A DNA stretch of 64,000 nucleotides from the human T2T-CHM13v2.0 reference genome, Homo sapiens. Below are positions 31,132 through 45,310 of this stretch, piece by piece. The stretch lies in the NCBI RefSeq assembly GCF_009914755.1, contig NC_060936.1. One strand, given 5' to 3'. Each line of letters begins with the position of its first letter. Within the stretch, counting starts at the first letter, position 1. Both the position numbers and the translations under genes were made by a program. The notes under the pieces were generated by a model that was not told where the DNA came from, did no database searches, and saw only the letters and a list, made by a program, of their open reading frames with translations.

Positions 31132-31766
31132 TATTTGTCTTTCTGTGCCTAGCTTACTTATTTCACTTAACACAATGCCCTCCAGGTTTATCTATATTGT
31201 CACAAATGACAGTATCGCCTTCTTTATTTTTCTGTTACACTAAACAGTGTTCCATTGTGTATATATGCCACATTTTCCTCCAAATTTGGGAAGTTTTCTG
31301 CTATTATCTCTTTAACTAAACTTCCTGCCCTTTGTCTTTCTCTTCTCTTACCTGAACTGTCATTTGAATGTTTATGCTTTTGATGCTGTCCCATTAATCC
31401 CATCACTTTTCTTCATTCATTTTCATTTTCTTCTTTTTTTCTTCTACTAACTGTATAGTTTCAAATGACCTTTTACTCCACAGATTCTTCTGCTTGATTA
31501 ATTTTGCTTTTGATATTTTCTATTTGATTTTGTATTTTATGTATTATATTTTTACCTCCAGAATTTCTATTTTTTTTTTTCATTTCTCTGTTACATTTTT
31601 CATTTTGGTCAGTTACTGTTTTCCGAATTTCATAGAATTTTCTTTCCATATTTGCTTGAAGGAGACTGAGCTTCCTTGAAAGAATTGCTTCAAATTCCTT
31701 GTCAGGAAATTTGTTTATCTCAACTGCTTTGACATTAGCTACTTTGAAATTATTGTGTTTTAGTAG

Positions 31767-32025
<259 letters not shown>

Positions 32026-32425
32026 TGATGCCTGTGCATTTGATGGAGGAGTCTTCTCCTCTAGGCTTTACAAGCTAGTTTTGCTGTAGAAATATCTCTT
32101 TTCCTGCAGGAAAGTAGGAGAGCCCTTGCTCTGTGGTATGCAGCAATTCTGCACCAGGGATGGTGCAGCTATATAGTCTCTGTGCAGTTCTGTCAAATGA
32201 GGTCAGTGTTGCTGAGAATTGCAGGTATCCTCAGAAGACAATAGTGTGGATGTCTGCAACGGTGATGAGGGTTGTTAGGATCTTTGGTGACTATGACTGC
32301 TAAGGTCCTCCCAACTGTGTTTCTCCCATCAAGAAAGTTATAACCCAGGGGATCTCTCTTGGCATTGGATTTGACCTGTCTGCCTGTTCACAGGGGCAGT
32401 AGCTTTAGTGTCTGATAAGTGACAC

Positions 32426-33166
32426 TGTAACTGCCCAACAGGTTTACCTTACCCACTGCCTAGACAGAGCCAATTTATCAAGACAGAGAAATTGCAATAG
32501 AGAAAGAGTAATTCATGCAGAGCCGGCTGTGTGGCTAACGGGAGTTTTATTATTACTAATATCAGTCTTCCTAAAGCTTGTAGGTTTGGGGTTTTTCAAA
32601 GGCAGTTTTGGGGAAGGGTGATGGTGGCCGGGTAACAGGTGCTTGCTGCTGATTGGTTGGGGCAGAGATGAAATCATAGGGGGTCAAAGCTGTCGTCCTG
32701 TGGGCTGAATCACTTCTGGCTGGGGCCACAGGAACAGGGTTGGCAGGTCCAGGTGGAGTCGTCAGGTCCAGGTGGAGCCGTGGGTGTCAAACATACAAAA
32801 AGAAAAAAGAAAAAGAAAAGAAAATACATCTCAAAAGGCCAATCTTAGGTTCTACAACAGTGATGTTATTTGCAGGAGCAATTAAGGAAGTTGTATATGG
32901 CTGACAATGGTTTATGTCTGCACCTTAACAGGGTTAGGGCTCCTCTGCTTGTTCTAGCCCGTTAGCAACCTCTCATCAGCTCTACAAAGTTGATTGAGTT
33001 TTGGGGAAAGGCTATTATCATTTAAACTATAAATATCTCCCAAAGCTAGCCCATTAATAATCAAAAGCAGCTTGGGGGCTAAAGCCATGTGGGCAGTTGG
33101 GCTAGATCAGATCTTCCCCATTGTCATTACCTTCTGGCTGATTATAATTTTGCAAAGGCTGTTTCA
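32426..33166 (-). mobile_element. LTR8-family solo LTR (ERV1)
   Basis: TGTAACTGCCC..GCCTAGACAGAGCC..TTTATCAAGACAG ... TTATAATTTTGCAAAGGCTGTTTCA. 4-bp TSD ACAC/GCAC. Confidence 0.85.
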
Positions 33167-33800
33167 GCACCTATGTAGCAGCAACTAATGGCATAGTACT
33201 GGTGGCACAGGCATCCCCACTACTGCATTTGTAACAGTATGTAACATGTGGATGCTTGTGAAGCAGCCAGGAACTGAGAGTAGGAGAACAGATATGTGCA
33301 GAGATACAATGACTCTGGGGTTAGGGCAAAACTTAACTCTATATGGTGGCTGAGCTGGTTCACAGAGTGTAGGAACATGTAGTGAGAGTTTGGCTATGGG
33401 GCTTGGAGTGCAAACTAACTCGCTATGCTGATGGCTCTGGTGTTTGAGATGTGGGTATGCCCAGTGCAGTCGCAGATCTGGCATCTTTTCTGAAGTAGTT
33501 CAGCAAGGGCTGCTTCTTGTAGCTGAGATGTACAGTCACATCTTTCTCTCTGGAGTTTCCCAGTGGGAATGGATGTTGATTACCTAAGTGGCAAAATATG
33601 CCAGTCTTTTCTGCCGAGCAAGACACTGGGGACCACTGTGGTTTCTGCCTTGTAGCCAATAACTATAGCGGTCCCTATTTCTCTTCTTTGTTCTTAAACA
33701 TATACTGGCATCTCAGATATGCGATCTCACCAGTGATCCTTTTCATTTTGGATAGTTTGTTTGTTTGTTTTTACTTTTCTGTATTGCTGTAGCTTCTTAA

Positions 33801-34693
<893 letters not shown>

Positions 34694-34930
34694 GGCCCTA
34701 GAGCTTTCTTGGGGATATTTTGGTTTTTGAACAGCTGTCTCTCTTTTTTTGTGGTGAAGACAAAGCCTGGTATCACCTACTCTGCTATCTTGATGATGCC
34801 ACCATTTAATCTTTTCTTATGTAAATTTAACCATAGATTTAAATATAATCAATAACTTCTGCCAAGCTTTTGTCTTTTCTCATTTTCAGCAACAAGAACT
34901 GTAACAAGACAAGAACAACAAAAATTTTCT

Positions 34931-35349
34931 TGAGATTTTAATTAAGCTTACCTTGAATCTACAGATTGACTTGAGAATGAACAACTTAATGATATTGAGT
35001 CTTTCAATCCATAAACACCATAAATCTCTGCATTTATTTATATCACCCTTTCAGTATTATTTCATAATTTTTAGTGTGCTAGTCTTACACAAAAATTATT
35101 AAAATTTGTAAGCACTTTGTGCTTTTTAATTCAAATTTAAATTGTATATACAATTTTGGATTTCAATTTCTATTTGTTTTTTTGCTACAATGTAGAAATT
35201 TTATTTATTTATTTATTTATTTGTTTGTTTGTTTATTTATGTATTTGAGACAGGGTCTCACTCTGTTACCAGGGGATAGCACAGTGGCACAATCACGGCT
35301 CACTACACCCTCAACCTCCTGGGCTCATTGATTCTCCCACCTCAGCCTC
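34931..35349. repeat. Local direct duplication, copy 1 (old L1 plus AluJ 3' half) of 36703-37133
   Basis: About 420 bp nearly identical to 36703-37133 apart from scattered substitutions and small indels. Confidence 0.95.
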
Positions 35350-36704
35350 AAACAAACTTCACAGTATTTTAAATAAAATCTAGCTCTATACAAAAGTACA
35401 ATATATCATGAACAAGCAGGACCTAATCTAAAGAATGTAAAGCTAGTTGAACATTTCAGAATAAGTTGCAACAGTTGATTTTGGATGAAACTTGACTGAA
35501 TTAAGGAATACTCAGGTAGCTGGTAAAGGGTTATTTATTCTCAATGCTTCAATAGGAATGGAACCCATTCCTCTTCTGCGGAAAGAGAATTCCAGGTGGT
35601 TTTCATTTTGATTAGAATGCTTGAGCTTCTCCAGGTGTGTCTGTGAGGGTGTTCTTGGAGAAGATGCATGTGAGTCAGTAGACCGAGTGTAACATCCCGC
35701 TGGTAGCCTGAATGGAAGAAAAAAGAGAAAGGTGAATTCTTGTTCTTTTTCTTTTTTCTGGAGCCAGGATACCCTCCTTCTTTCATCCTTGTATGAAAGA
35801 ATTCTAGGTTCTCTGACCTGTGGACTCTAGGACAACTTGCACCAGTGGCTCCCTGGACTCTCAAGCCTCCAACCTCAGCCTGAGAGTTGCACCATCAGCT
35901 TCTTTGGTTCTAAGGCATTAGACTTGGACTGAGCCAAGCTACTATCTTCCCTGATCCTCCACCTTGCAGATGGGCTATCATGGGACTACTCAGACTTCAT
36001 AATTGAGTGAGACAATTCCCCTAATAAATCCATTCTCATGTGTCTCTCTAAGTACACCTTCTATCACTTCTGTTACTCTGGAGAACACTAACTAAAACAT
36101 ACATCAATACAATTCGCCACATGAACATATTTTTTAAATTTACCTTGGTAGATGCAGAAATAATATTTGAAAAAATTCAATATTTGTTCGTAAGAAAATC
36201 TCTCAGTGCACAAGAAAAAGAGGAAACTCCCTTATTCTGATAAAAGACATCAGGAATAAACCTACCAGTAATATATTTAATAGTAAAAGACTGAATGCAT
36301 TATTCTGAATATCAGAAAGAAAGTTAAGATGTTGGCTCTCACTTCTTCCAGTCAACATTGTACTGGAGATCCTAGCCAAAATATTTAACTATGTGTTTAT
36401 CTTTGAAATAGATATGGAACTATTTAGGTTTTCTAGTTCTTTCTGAGTGAGTTTAATAGGGTGTGTTTTTCAAGGAATTTTTCTATCATATCCAACTTAC
36501 CAAATAAGGCAAAAAAAAAAAAAAAACTAAAAGCATACAGATTAAAATAAAATAAATACAACTGTCTATATTTGCACACACCACAATTATCTAAATAGGC
36601 AGTTCCAAAAGATTAAAAGAAATATATGAGTACAAATAACTGTGTTTAGCAAGATCACAGGAAACAAGTCAATTTTAAAAATCAAGCCAGGCAGATGGCT
36701 CATG
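35350..36704 (+). mobile_element. Inverted block of the old L1 (ORF2 RT region) ending in the first ~19 nt of the AluJ
   Basis: GTAGATGCAGAAA..TTTGAAAAAATTCAA; CAACATTGTACTGGAGATCCTAGCC; ends GCCAGGCAGATGGCTCATG. Confidence 0.8.
35467..36099 (+). mobile_element. MLT2B-family solo LTR (ERVL)
   Basis: AACTTGACTGAATTAAGGAATAC..GTGTGTCTGTGAGGGTGTT..CTCTGGAGAACACTAACTAAAACA. Confidence 0.8.
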
Positions 36705-36973
36705 AGATTTTAATTAAGCTTACCTTGAATCTACAGATTAATTTGAGAATGAACAACTTAATGATATTGGATCTTTCAATCCATAAACACCATAAATCTC
36801 TGCATTTATTTATATCACCCTTTCTTTCAGTATTATTTCATAATTTTTAGTGTGCTAGTCTTACACATATATTATTAAAATTTGTCCGTAAGCACTTTGT
36901 GCTTTTTAATTCAAATTTAAATTATATAAAATTCTGGATTTCAATTTCTTTTTTTTTTTGCTACAATGTAGAT

Positions 36974-37301
36974 ATTTTATGTATGTATGTATGTATGTAT
37001 GTATGTATGTATGTATGTATGTATTTATTTGAGACAGGGTCTCACTCTGTTACCAGGGGAGAGCACAGTGGCACAATCACGGCTCACTGCACCCTCAACC
37101 TCCTGGGCTCATTGATTCTCCCACCTCAGCCTCTCAAGTAGATGGGACTACAGGCATATGCCACCACACTCAGCTAATTTTTTGTATTTTTTGCGGAGAT
37201 GAGGTATTGCCATGTTGCCCAGGCTAGTCTTGAACTCCTGGAATCACACAATCTGCCTACCTTGGCCTCCCAAAGTGCTGGGATTACAGACATGAGCCAT
37301 C
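36974..37301 (-). mobile_element. AluJ with a (TATG)n tail; extreme 5' end displaced by the inversion
   Basis: Both arms present. Ends at CATGAGCCATC instead of ..CCACCGCGCCCGGCC. Confidence 0.9.
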
Positions 37302-40300
37302 CCTTTTCTGAGTTTCTTAAATTGGAAGCTTTATTGCTTTGAGACCATGCTTATTTTATTTTACTGATATAAATTCTTCTCTAAACATTAGTTTTGCTGC
37401 ATATTACTTTAAATTATTAAATTTCTTTAAACATTAGTTTCACTGCATATTACAGCTTTGAATTTTAATTTAACTAATGTTATCTAATTTATTTATTATA
37501 TTTTCCTTGATCATGTGTTATTTATAAGAGTATAGTTTAATTTAAAAATAGGGACTTTACATTAAAATTTTTGAAAAAGTAATTCCAAGTTTAATTTATT
37601 TAGGTTCAGGTAATACAATTATTATTATTTAATTCTTTTAAATTCTGTGTGATTTGCTTCTTAGTACAGGAATTGTCTATACTGCTGAATGTTCATGAGC
37701 ACTTGGAAAGAATGTATATTTCTCTATTGCTGGTAGAATATAAATGTCAACTACAAAAAGTGGATTAAAAATATCAAATTTGTTATGCACTTTCTGATTT
37801 TATTTCTATTTTTATATAAACTATTGAGAGAAGAGTGTTGAAATCTAACTTTTTTCAGTACAAATAGTTTTGCCATTTTGTATTTTAAAGCTATGATTAG
37901 ATTCATACATTCATATGTTTTTGTTGTTTTGATGAAATAGCTCTTTTATCATCATGTTATGTCTTCTTTTATCACTGGTAACATGCCTTGTCTACTTTGC
38001 CTTATAAGAATATAGCCACTAGTGTTTTCATAATATAACTATTTCATTCTTTTGTTTTATACCTATGTATGTGTTTCCACATAAGTATTTTTTTTCTGTA
38101 GGTTTTTCTTTTTTTTGTAAGCAGCAAATAGTTTGGTACTGCATTTATATTCAATCTGATTATCTCTATTGTATAATTTATATGTTTCATTCATTTACGT
38201 TTAATGCAGTTGTTAATATGTTGAAATATCTTGCTTTTGTTATATATTTCATCTTTTCTTTGTTGGCTTTCATTTTTTTCTATTCTTCTCCCTATGTTTT
38301 AGAAAAATATTTTTTAGTATTCTATTGCATCTCCACTATTGGTTCATTTGTCATACCTCATTTATATTTTTATGTGGTTGCCTTAGGATTTACAGTACAC
38401 ATCTTTAAATTATTATATGTTTTCAATATTATTATGCCACTTCACATATAGTATAAGAACCTTACAACCATTTTATTTAATCTTTACCATATTCAGTGTT
38501 TTTGTTATTATATATTCTACTGCTTGCTATATTTGTTATAAAACCAATAATCATTGTTAGAATTTTTGCTCTGTACAATTGTCTTTCAAACAGGGAAGAA
38601 AGACTTAACTGTGCACTTTATTCATATACCTAGGTTTTTAATACTTCTGATATTCTTCACTTTTGTGTAACCATTTGTTATTATATGCCTTCTTTCTGAA
38701 AATCTTTAGTGTTTCTTGTGGTGTAGATGTTCTGGTAATTAATTATTTGAGATCTTGCTCTTGTCTTAGAAAAAAAAATTTTTGGAATGTATCTTTGCTG
38801 GGTACAGAATTCTAGGTTGTTAGTTTTTTTTTTTTTTTTTTTTTTTGCCAGTATTTCAAAGATTTTACTATTGTCTTCTGGGCTACATAGTTTCTGATGA
38901 AAAGTTTATTGTAATTCTTATATTTTCCTTTCTGTGTGTATTATTTCTTTTTAATTTGGAAGTGTTCAATGTCTTTCCTTGCCTGTAGTTTCAAGCAGTT
39001 TGACTAAAATGTCTCTTGATGTGTATTATGAAGCTCAGAGAAAATTATATAAATTTAAGAAGCTCAGAGAAAATTATATATACAGGTAATTTTATAAAGT
39101 TATGTATAAATAATTTTCTCTGAGCTACTTAAATTTATGGTTTGCTGTATTTTAGTACTTATGGAAAATTCTCAACTAATGTATCTTTACCTTTGTTTTT
39201 GCTTGTTCTTTCTCCACTGCTAAGGCTCTGGTTATATGAATGTTAGACCATTTGATATGTATTTAGCTTTTGAATTTTCTTAATTTTGTTTCTTGCTATT
39301 ATCTTTTATTGTTACATTTTGGTTTGTGTAGTTTTAGTGGGTCTTCAAGTTCACCATTACTTTCTTACTGGGTTCATTCTGATGATTAGCCTAATAAGAC
39401 ATTTACATCTCTGATATTCTGTTTTTATATTTAAAATGTTTAGTATTTTCATTTTGCACTATATTATAGTTTTTATATTTCTGCTGAAATTCTTTATATG
39501 TTTGCATGTTGTTCACTTATTCCATTAGATAGTTTCAGTTATTTAAATTAAGTTTCTATGTGGTTGTCTCAGCTTCTGAGCGTTCTCTGAGTTTAATTCC
39601 ATTGACTGCTTTATCTCTTCACAACAGATTTGGTTTCTTTCACCTGAATTTTTGTGAGTCTTGTAACTTTTTACTAATGCTAAATGTTGCATTAAAAAAA
39701 GAAGTAAATATAATTTATACCCAAATAATTTTATAATTTACAACCCAAATTTTTGTCAGCTTGATATTATGGGAAATTGAGTCAATGCAGCCATTAGTTA
39801 AATTAGATTTTTGTGTTCTTTAACTTTTAGTGCACTAGAGACAAAAAACTGCTCGTTTGGTGGGCTAATGTTATCTTGTGTTTAGTATGAGACCTGAAAT
39901 ACCTGAATTTTTTTCTTAGGGTTCCTCTTCCACCACCAGATTCTACCAGGTGATTCAAATTTGTACCCTAGAATAGAGCATTCTTCAACCTTATCTCCTC
40001 CCTCAGAGAGAGCCTATTCTTGCCTGCTATTTGGTTTGAGATTTATCATTGAGAAAGCTGTGGAAATTTTCTTGATTTTTGCTTCATCCTCTTAGGCAGG
40101 TCTTGTTTACCTGTTTTGTGGGCGCAGCCTTTTCAGTTTTTCTGCCCCGTCTCCATAAAAGCCTGATTTTTTCTCATACTATTAGGGTAAGGATATTTTA
40201 AAATAGTAAATCTCTTGTCTAACTCCCAAAATGGAGGTCATCTACTTTGCATCAGTGCAGGGTCCTTGGCTTGAGTGGTTTTCTGTCTTTCCCCTAATGT

Positions 40301-40880
40301 CAAATGGCTTTTGGTTTTATCCCTCCCTAGTGCAGTAGATTTTTGCCTACTACCAGGACTGGCATGGTTTTTTGCTCCTCTTTCAGTTGCTTAAGGCTTT
40401 TTTTTTTTTTTTTTTTTTTTTTTCTTGAGGGTGATCTGGGAAGTTTATAGGGTCTTATTCCTTTGTGACATAAAAAGTGTTTCTCTCAGGTCTTCTGCTC
40501 TGCCTATGTTCTCTCTTGTGACTACCAGTGGAGGCTCCAAAGAGCTGGTAAGCACATTTGGAATTTTCTTGTGATGGGGACTTCTGGAGATTCACAACTG
40601 CCACTCTAGCATCCATTAGGATTTTTTAAACTTATGAATATTTTGCAGTTCTTAAACTTGTTTTATGACAATATCTCTTCCTCCTGAGCTCTGAAAAATG
40701 TGAAACTTGTCATTCTTAGGTTCTGCCTCTTCTTAGACGAACATGTTACTCTAAGTCAGTTTAGCTGGATTCATCTCTTGCCTCAACTCTAATGGAATCA
40801 AGAAAAATTATAACTTTGTCGATGATCTAGATTTTTGTTATTATTAGGCCAGAATCAATGTTATTTTAGCTTTGTATATC
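37302..40880 (-). mobile_element. Old L1M (L1MC/ME-age): 5' ORF2, ORF1 and 5'UTR region
   Basis: GAATGTTCATGAGCACTTGGAAAGAATGTATATT; TTTGCTGGGTACAGAATTCTAGGTTG; TTTCTGATGAAAAGT. Heavily diverged, boundaries approximate. Confidence 0.7.
39031..39138. repeat. 36-bp inverted repeat (34/36) with an 18-nt spacer plus a 21-bp direct copy
   Basis: 39049-39084 versus the reverse complement of 39103-39138. AAGCTCAGAGAAAATTATATA at 39031 and 39060. Confidence 0.95.
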
Positions 40881-41668
40881 TTTAAAAAAAGAAGAAAATA
40901 TAATTTACTTAAGATTTATTTTCTAATTTTTTTCCTGAGCACTGCTAATTAAGGTTTTATCTCTCAATGCTGCTTTATTACTAGTGTCTCTGAAATATAC
41001 CATGTGTTCTTGTTATATACAAACACTTGAATGCTCTAGGGATTTGCATAGCCTTCATGATAAATAGTAAAGTCTTCCCTACTGACACATTTGTTTTCTT
41101 TCATGTCCAATTTTTTGTTTTTAAATTGCATTTTTGTATAAAGACTATGTTAGTTCCTTTTTAGTAAGTATTTCTCTTATAAGGTGAAATATTCCTTGGT
41201 CATTCATGTTCTTGGGAAGAATTAGGGCCAATTAGGGCCAATCTAGGTAGAATTCTGTCCATTCTTAACAAAGTTTCTCATGATGGAAGATCGTACTTAT
41301 ATGAGTTACTTTATCCTTTATTTCATCCTAATCCAGCAGAGATCAGCAACTGCTAGGCTATTCACGACTTTCCAATTTTTTTCCTTCATCTGTTATACCA
41401 AATTTAAGAAGTCAATGTGATGTATTACTTAAACTTGCTTTTCCTAATTCTCCATGGAGAAAAAAAACAGGTGCAGTGGAATTTTAAACATCAGCCTGTG
41501 CAGCCAGTTCTTACTGTACAAAACATGGGTTGTTGATTTTTTTCCAAGTGTGTATCATGTAATTCTGAGAAGAATGACTGCAAGCCTTTTCTCCTAGCCT
41601 ATCTCTACGCTTTTTATTTCATTTCCACTGAATTTGAAAGTTCTTTATAATGTGTGTTCTATATAGAA

Positions 41669-42215
41669 TATATTAGTTTTCTATTACCGTGTAACAAGGT
41701 ACCACAAACTCAGCAACTTAAAAAGAAAACATACATTTATTATCTTACAGTTCTGTAGGTCAGAATCCTAGGCACACCTACAATGAGCTCTTAGCTCAGG
41801 TTATCATCAGGATGAAATCAAGGTACCAGCAGAGACTGTTATCTTGTCTAAGATTCAGGGTCCTCCCAAGCTTACTGGTTGTTGGCAGAATTGAGTTCCC
41901 TGCAATTGTAAGACAGGTCCTCATTTTGTAGGATCTATACATTATCCCTGCCATGTTTCCTTTTCCAAAACATGGTAGTTTTTTTTTTTTCATTTTGGAT
42001 TCTAGGAGAAGAATGTCTCTGAAGTTTTACCTTTTTATAAAAGCTCATCAAGTTGGGTCAAGCCCATTCAGGAAAATTTCCCTTTTGTTAAAGTCGACTG
42101 ATTAGTAACCTAATCATGGATGTGATGCTCTATCATATTCTCATAAGAGAATTAAACAGGGTATATATACAGGCAAGAATTTTGGTGAATGTCACAAAAG
42201 TTGGCCTGAACCATA
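41669..42215 (-). mobile_element. MLT1E-like solo LTR
   Basis: ATTAGTTTTCTATT..TACCACAAACT..ATTTATTATCTTACAGTTCTGTAGGTCAGAA..GTTGTTGGCAGAATT..GACTGATTAGTAACCTAATCA. Confidence 0.75.
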
Positions 42216-42711
42216 GATATTACCATGTACTATAGAAGATAAAACTTAAGTTTTATTTTCTCATTGATCAATTTATTGGGTATAATTTCTGAGTAAAGAA
42301 GAAGATAGCCTTTATTTTAAAACCAGAAATAAGGAATACCTTTCAAACACGATGTTTATGAAGAATGTTTCTGTAAAGTTTATATATAATTGGAGAATAA
42401 AGGATAATAAACAGCCAGATTTTTGAAAAGAAATAGGTAGAAAATTTAAGGAAGATTTAGAAGAATATGCTAAAAACCTCAGATGTGAAAGAACTTGGCA
42501 TATTTAAGCAGGGTCCAGAATTAAATTAGGAAGCCAGTCACTTGCCATTGTTAGGGGAGAGCTTTCCAAAGACACTAAGTAAGCCTATGATAGGAAGAAG
42601 CTTAGAAGGTTCAATGAATGCATGTAAGATGGATATTATTGGATCAGAGCTTGCTAGAAGAAAGGGGAGTGGCTGGGAAAAAATTACAGTGGACTATATT
42701 GAAATAACCTC

Positions 42712-43288
42712 TGTATTAGGGTTCTCTAGGGAAACAGAACCAGTAGAAGATTAGATAGATGACAGGACATTTATTAAGGGAATTGGTTCATATGATTATG
42801 GAGGCTGAGAGGTCCGATGCTATGCCATCTGCAAGCTGAAGAGTGAGGGAATCTGGTGGCATGGCTCAGTCCAAGTCTGAAGGCTTGAGAAACGAGCAGC
42901 CAATGGTGTAGCTCTCAGTCTGAGGCCAAAGGCTTGAGAACCTGGGCTGCTGATGCAAGTCCTAAAGTCCAAAGTCAGGAAAACCTGGAGTTCTGGTGTA
43001 CAAGGGCAGGAGAAGATGGATGTCCCAGCTCCAGAAGAGATAGACAAAGAAAGCAAGTCAGGAAGAAAGAATTTGCCTCCTCTGTGTTTTCATTTTTACA
43101 TGTGCCCTCAGCTGATTGGATGGAGCCCATCTATACTGATGGGGGCAGATATTCCTTACTCATTCTATTGATTCAAATACCAATCTCTTCCATAAACAAC
43201 CTCATAGACAATTCCAGAAATAATGCTTTACAAGCTATCTAGGTATCTCTTAATCCAGTCAAGTTGACACATAAAATTAACCATCACA
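42712..43288 (-). mobile_element. MLT2B-family solo LTR
   Basis: TGTATTAGGGTTCTCTAG...CAAGTTGACACATAAAATTAACCATCACA. TSD ACCTC/ACTTC. Confidence 0.85.
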
Positions 43289-44869
43289 ACTTCATGAAGG
43301 ATAATGTAACTATCGATAGGAATTTTGAATTTGATCTAAAGGTAATGGTACACAATAAAAAAGTTTAAACTGGTAGAAAGATCATGATCAAATTAATGTG
43401 TTAAGATTATTTGGCTGATCCATGGAAAATGGATTGATTAGAAAAAGGCAAAGGTGAAGACTATTAGGAGACGACTACAGGAGGCTATTTCACAGTCTGA
43501 GAGAAAGAAAAATTATGATAATTAGAACTAAGGTAGAAATTGAGTGATGTAGATAAATTTGATGTATGATTAAACTCTTTAGTTTTCTCTATTTTTAAAC
43601 TGAGTATTTATTTTTTAATTCTTATTTATTGATCAGCTGCTTTTGTATATTTTTATATATATATATAAAATGTTATTGTAGCTATTTTTGTCTGTTTGCT
43701 ATTTGGCTTCATATTTTGTTCATGGTATTTTTTAATAATGTCAAATCAATGCTTCTTTTTTTGGTGTTAATTTTTTATTGTTTAGAAACTGTACCACCAC
43801 CTGTGCAATCTGTGATGTAAATTAAGATATGTCAAAGTACTTAAAGATACTTTTATATGATTATATAATATATGACATAATTTACTCTGTATCTAAGTGA
43901 AATATAAACAAATAATTATGCTCTAGTATTCTGCTGTCATGTGGGTATTTCAGTATAAAAAAAAGAAACTTTTGTTTTTCATCCTGGGCTTTTGACTAAT
44001 ACAAAAATCTCACTTGACCGTTTTGGGTTTTCTTTCCTTTCCTTTTGTTCATAAGAATAAAAGTTAAAATAGGGAGGATTAATTTTACTGAACTATGTAC
44101 AACATACACACAGCCTCTTTGATTTTAAAATACGTGTGTTTTGAAAACGTGAACTTTATTGATTAACACTAGATAACAAAATAAAGAAAAATCTCAGTTT
44201 ATATTACATGGGTGTTTCTGGTATCTTGGGACTCACAAATTAAAGGTTACTATGATCTTCAGCATGGTGACCTTTAGAAAGAACTGAAAAGACTCATCTT
44301 TTCATTTAGGGCTTCACTTTGCAAATCCTTAAAGAATGGCCTAAGGTCAGGCTGAGAATCCTCAGCCCAGGAAGGAGGCAAATATATTTCCAATATTAAC
44401 TGCAGTATTCTTTAAAAATGACAAAATAAGTCTAGGTATTATGAAAGTGACAAATGTGCCCAGATATTTTTCTCTTTTGAAAATTATTAACTTCAGATAC
44501 TAACATCTGTGGCCATTATAACTAAAAAGATGCTCCTCTCTTTGAGTTCTTTCTTTGAGTTCATTGATAAGAAGACCTTAGTTCTCCTTTAATTGGAGAT
44601 TATTGAAAGAAACATTTCCAATATCTCTTTCCCACCTCCACTTCAGTCGTCTTCCCAAGGAAATAACAACTAATCTATTGATAGAAAGCTTTCCATCCTT
44701 CAGAACATTGCATGTACTAGGCATAGTCATGAGCCTGTCTTATAACTATGATCTGTATCAATAACAGGATAAAAGGAATAGTTATCTCTCACATTTATGG
44801 AGACGCTGCTTGTTGAAATGACCTCGGGAAAGATTCTGCTGTAGAGTAGAGAGAGAGAAAAGTGCTCAA

Positions 44870-45310
44870 TAGTTTTTATTTGTCCCTCCAGGTTAATTTT
44901 TGACCCTTCCCTGTCCTGCTCACTGTCCTAGATCACATCATGATTCTTATATTCTCTAATTAGCTCACTTGGGTTTGGTGATAGGATGTTAAAAGAGTGG
45001 GGAGAATGAAGTCAGAAATTTATTGTCCTAGTCCCCTCTCTACTAGGTTGTATCCCTATCCTTACACCGAAGTGTACTGTTTCTCTCAAAGTTGCTTAAC
45101 TTCTGTGACTGTGTTCCTCTGGGTTTTAACAAGTTTCCCTCCTTTTGTCCCTTTGGACATGGGCTGGTAACAGAAGATGCTACTGAGCCTAGGGATACTC
45201 TCTTCCTTTATATAATACCCTTAAACCTACATCTTACACATCTCTGCTAATAAGTAGTCTTTAAAAAATAAAATCTCCTTTAGTTATGTTTTGAGAATGC
45301 CACCTCACGC
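44870..45310 (+). mobile_element. LTR33-like ERVL LTR (diverged)
   Basis: GAAGTCAGAAATTTATT..TTGTCCCTTTGG..GGTAACAG..AATAAAATCTCC..TTTGAGAATGCCA. Confidence 0.45.

Noticed and set aside
38065-38451. 128-aa hydrophobic ORF resembling a membrane protein
   Set aside because: Antisense reading of T-rich old L1 sequence.
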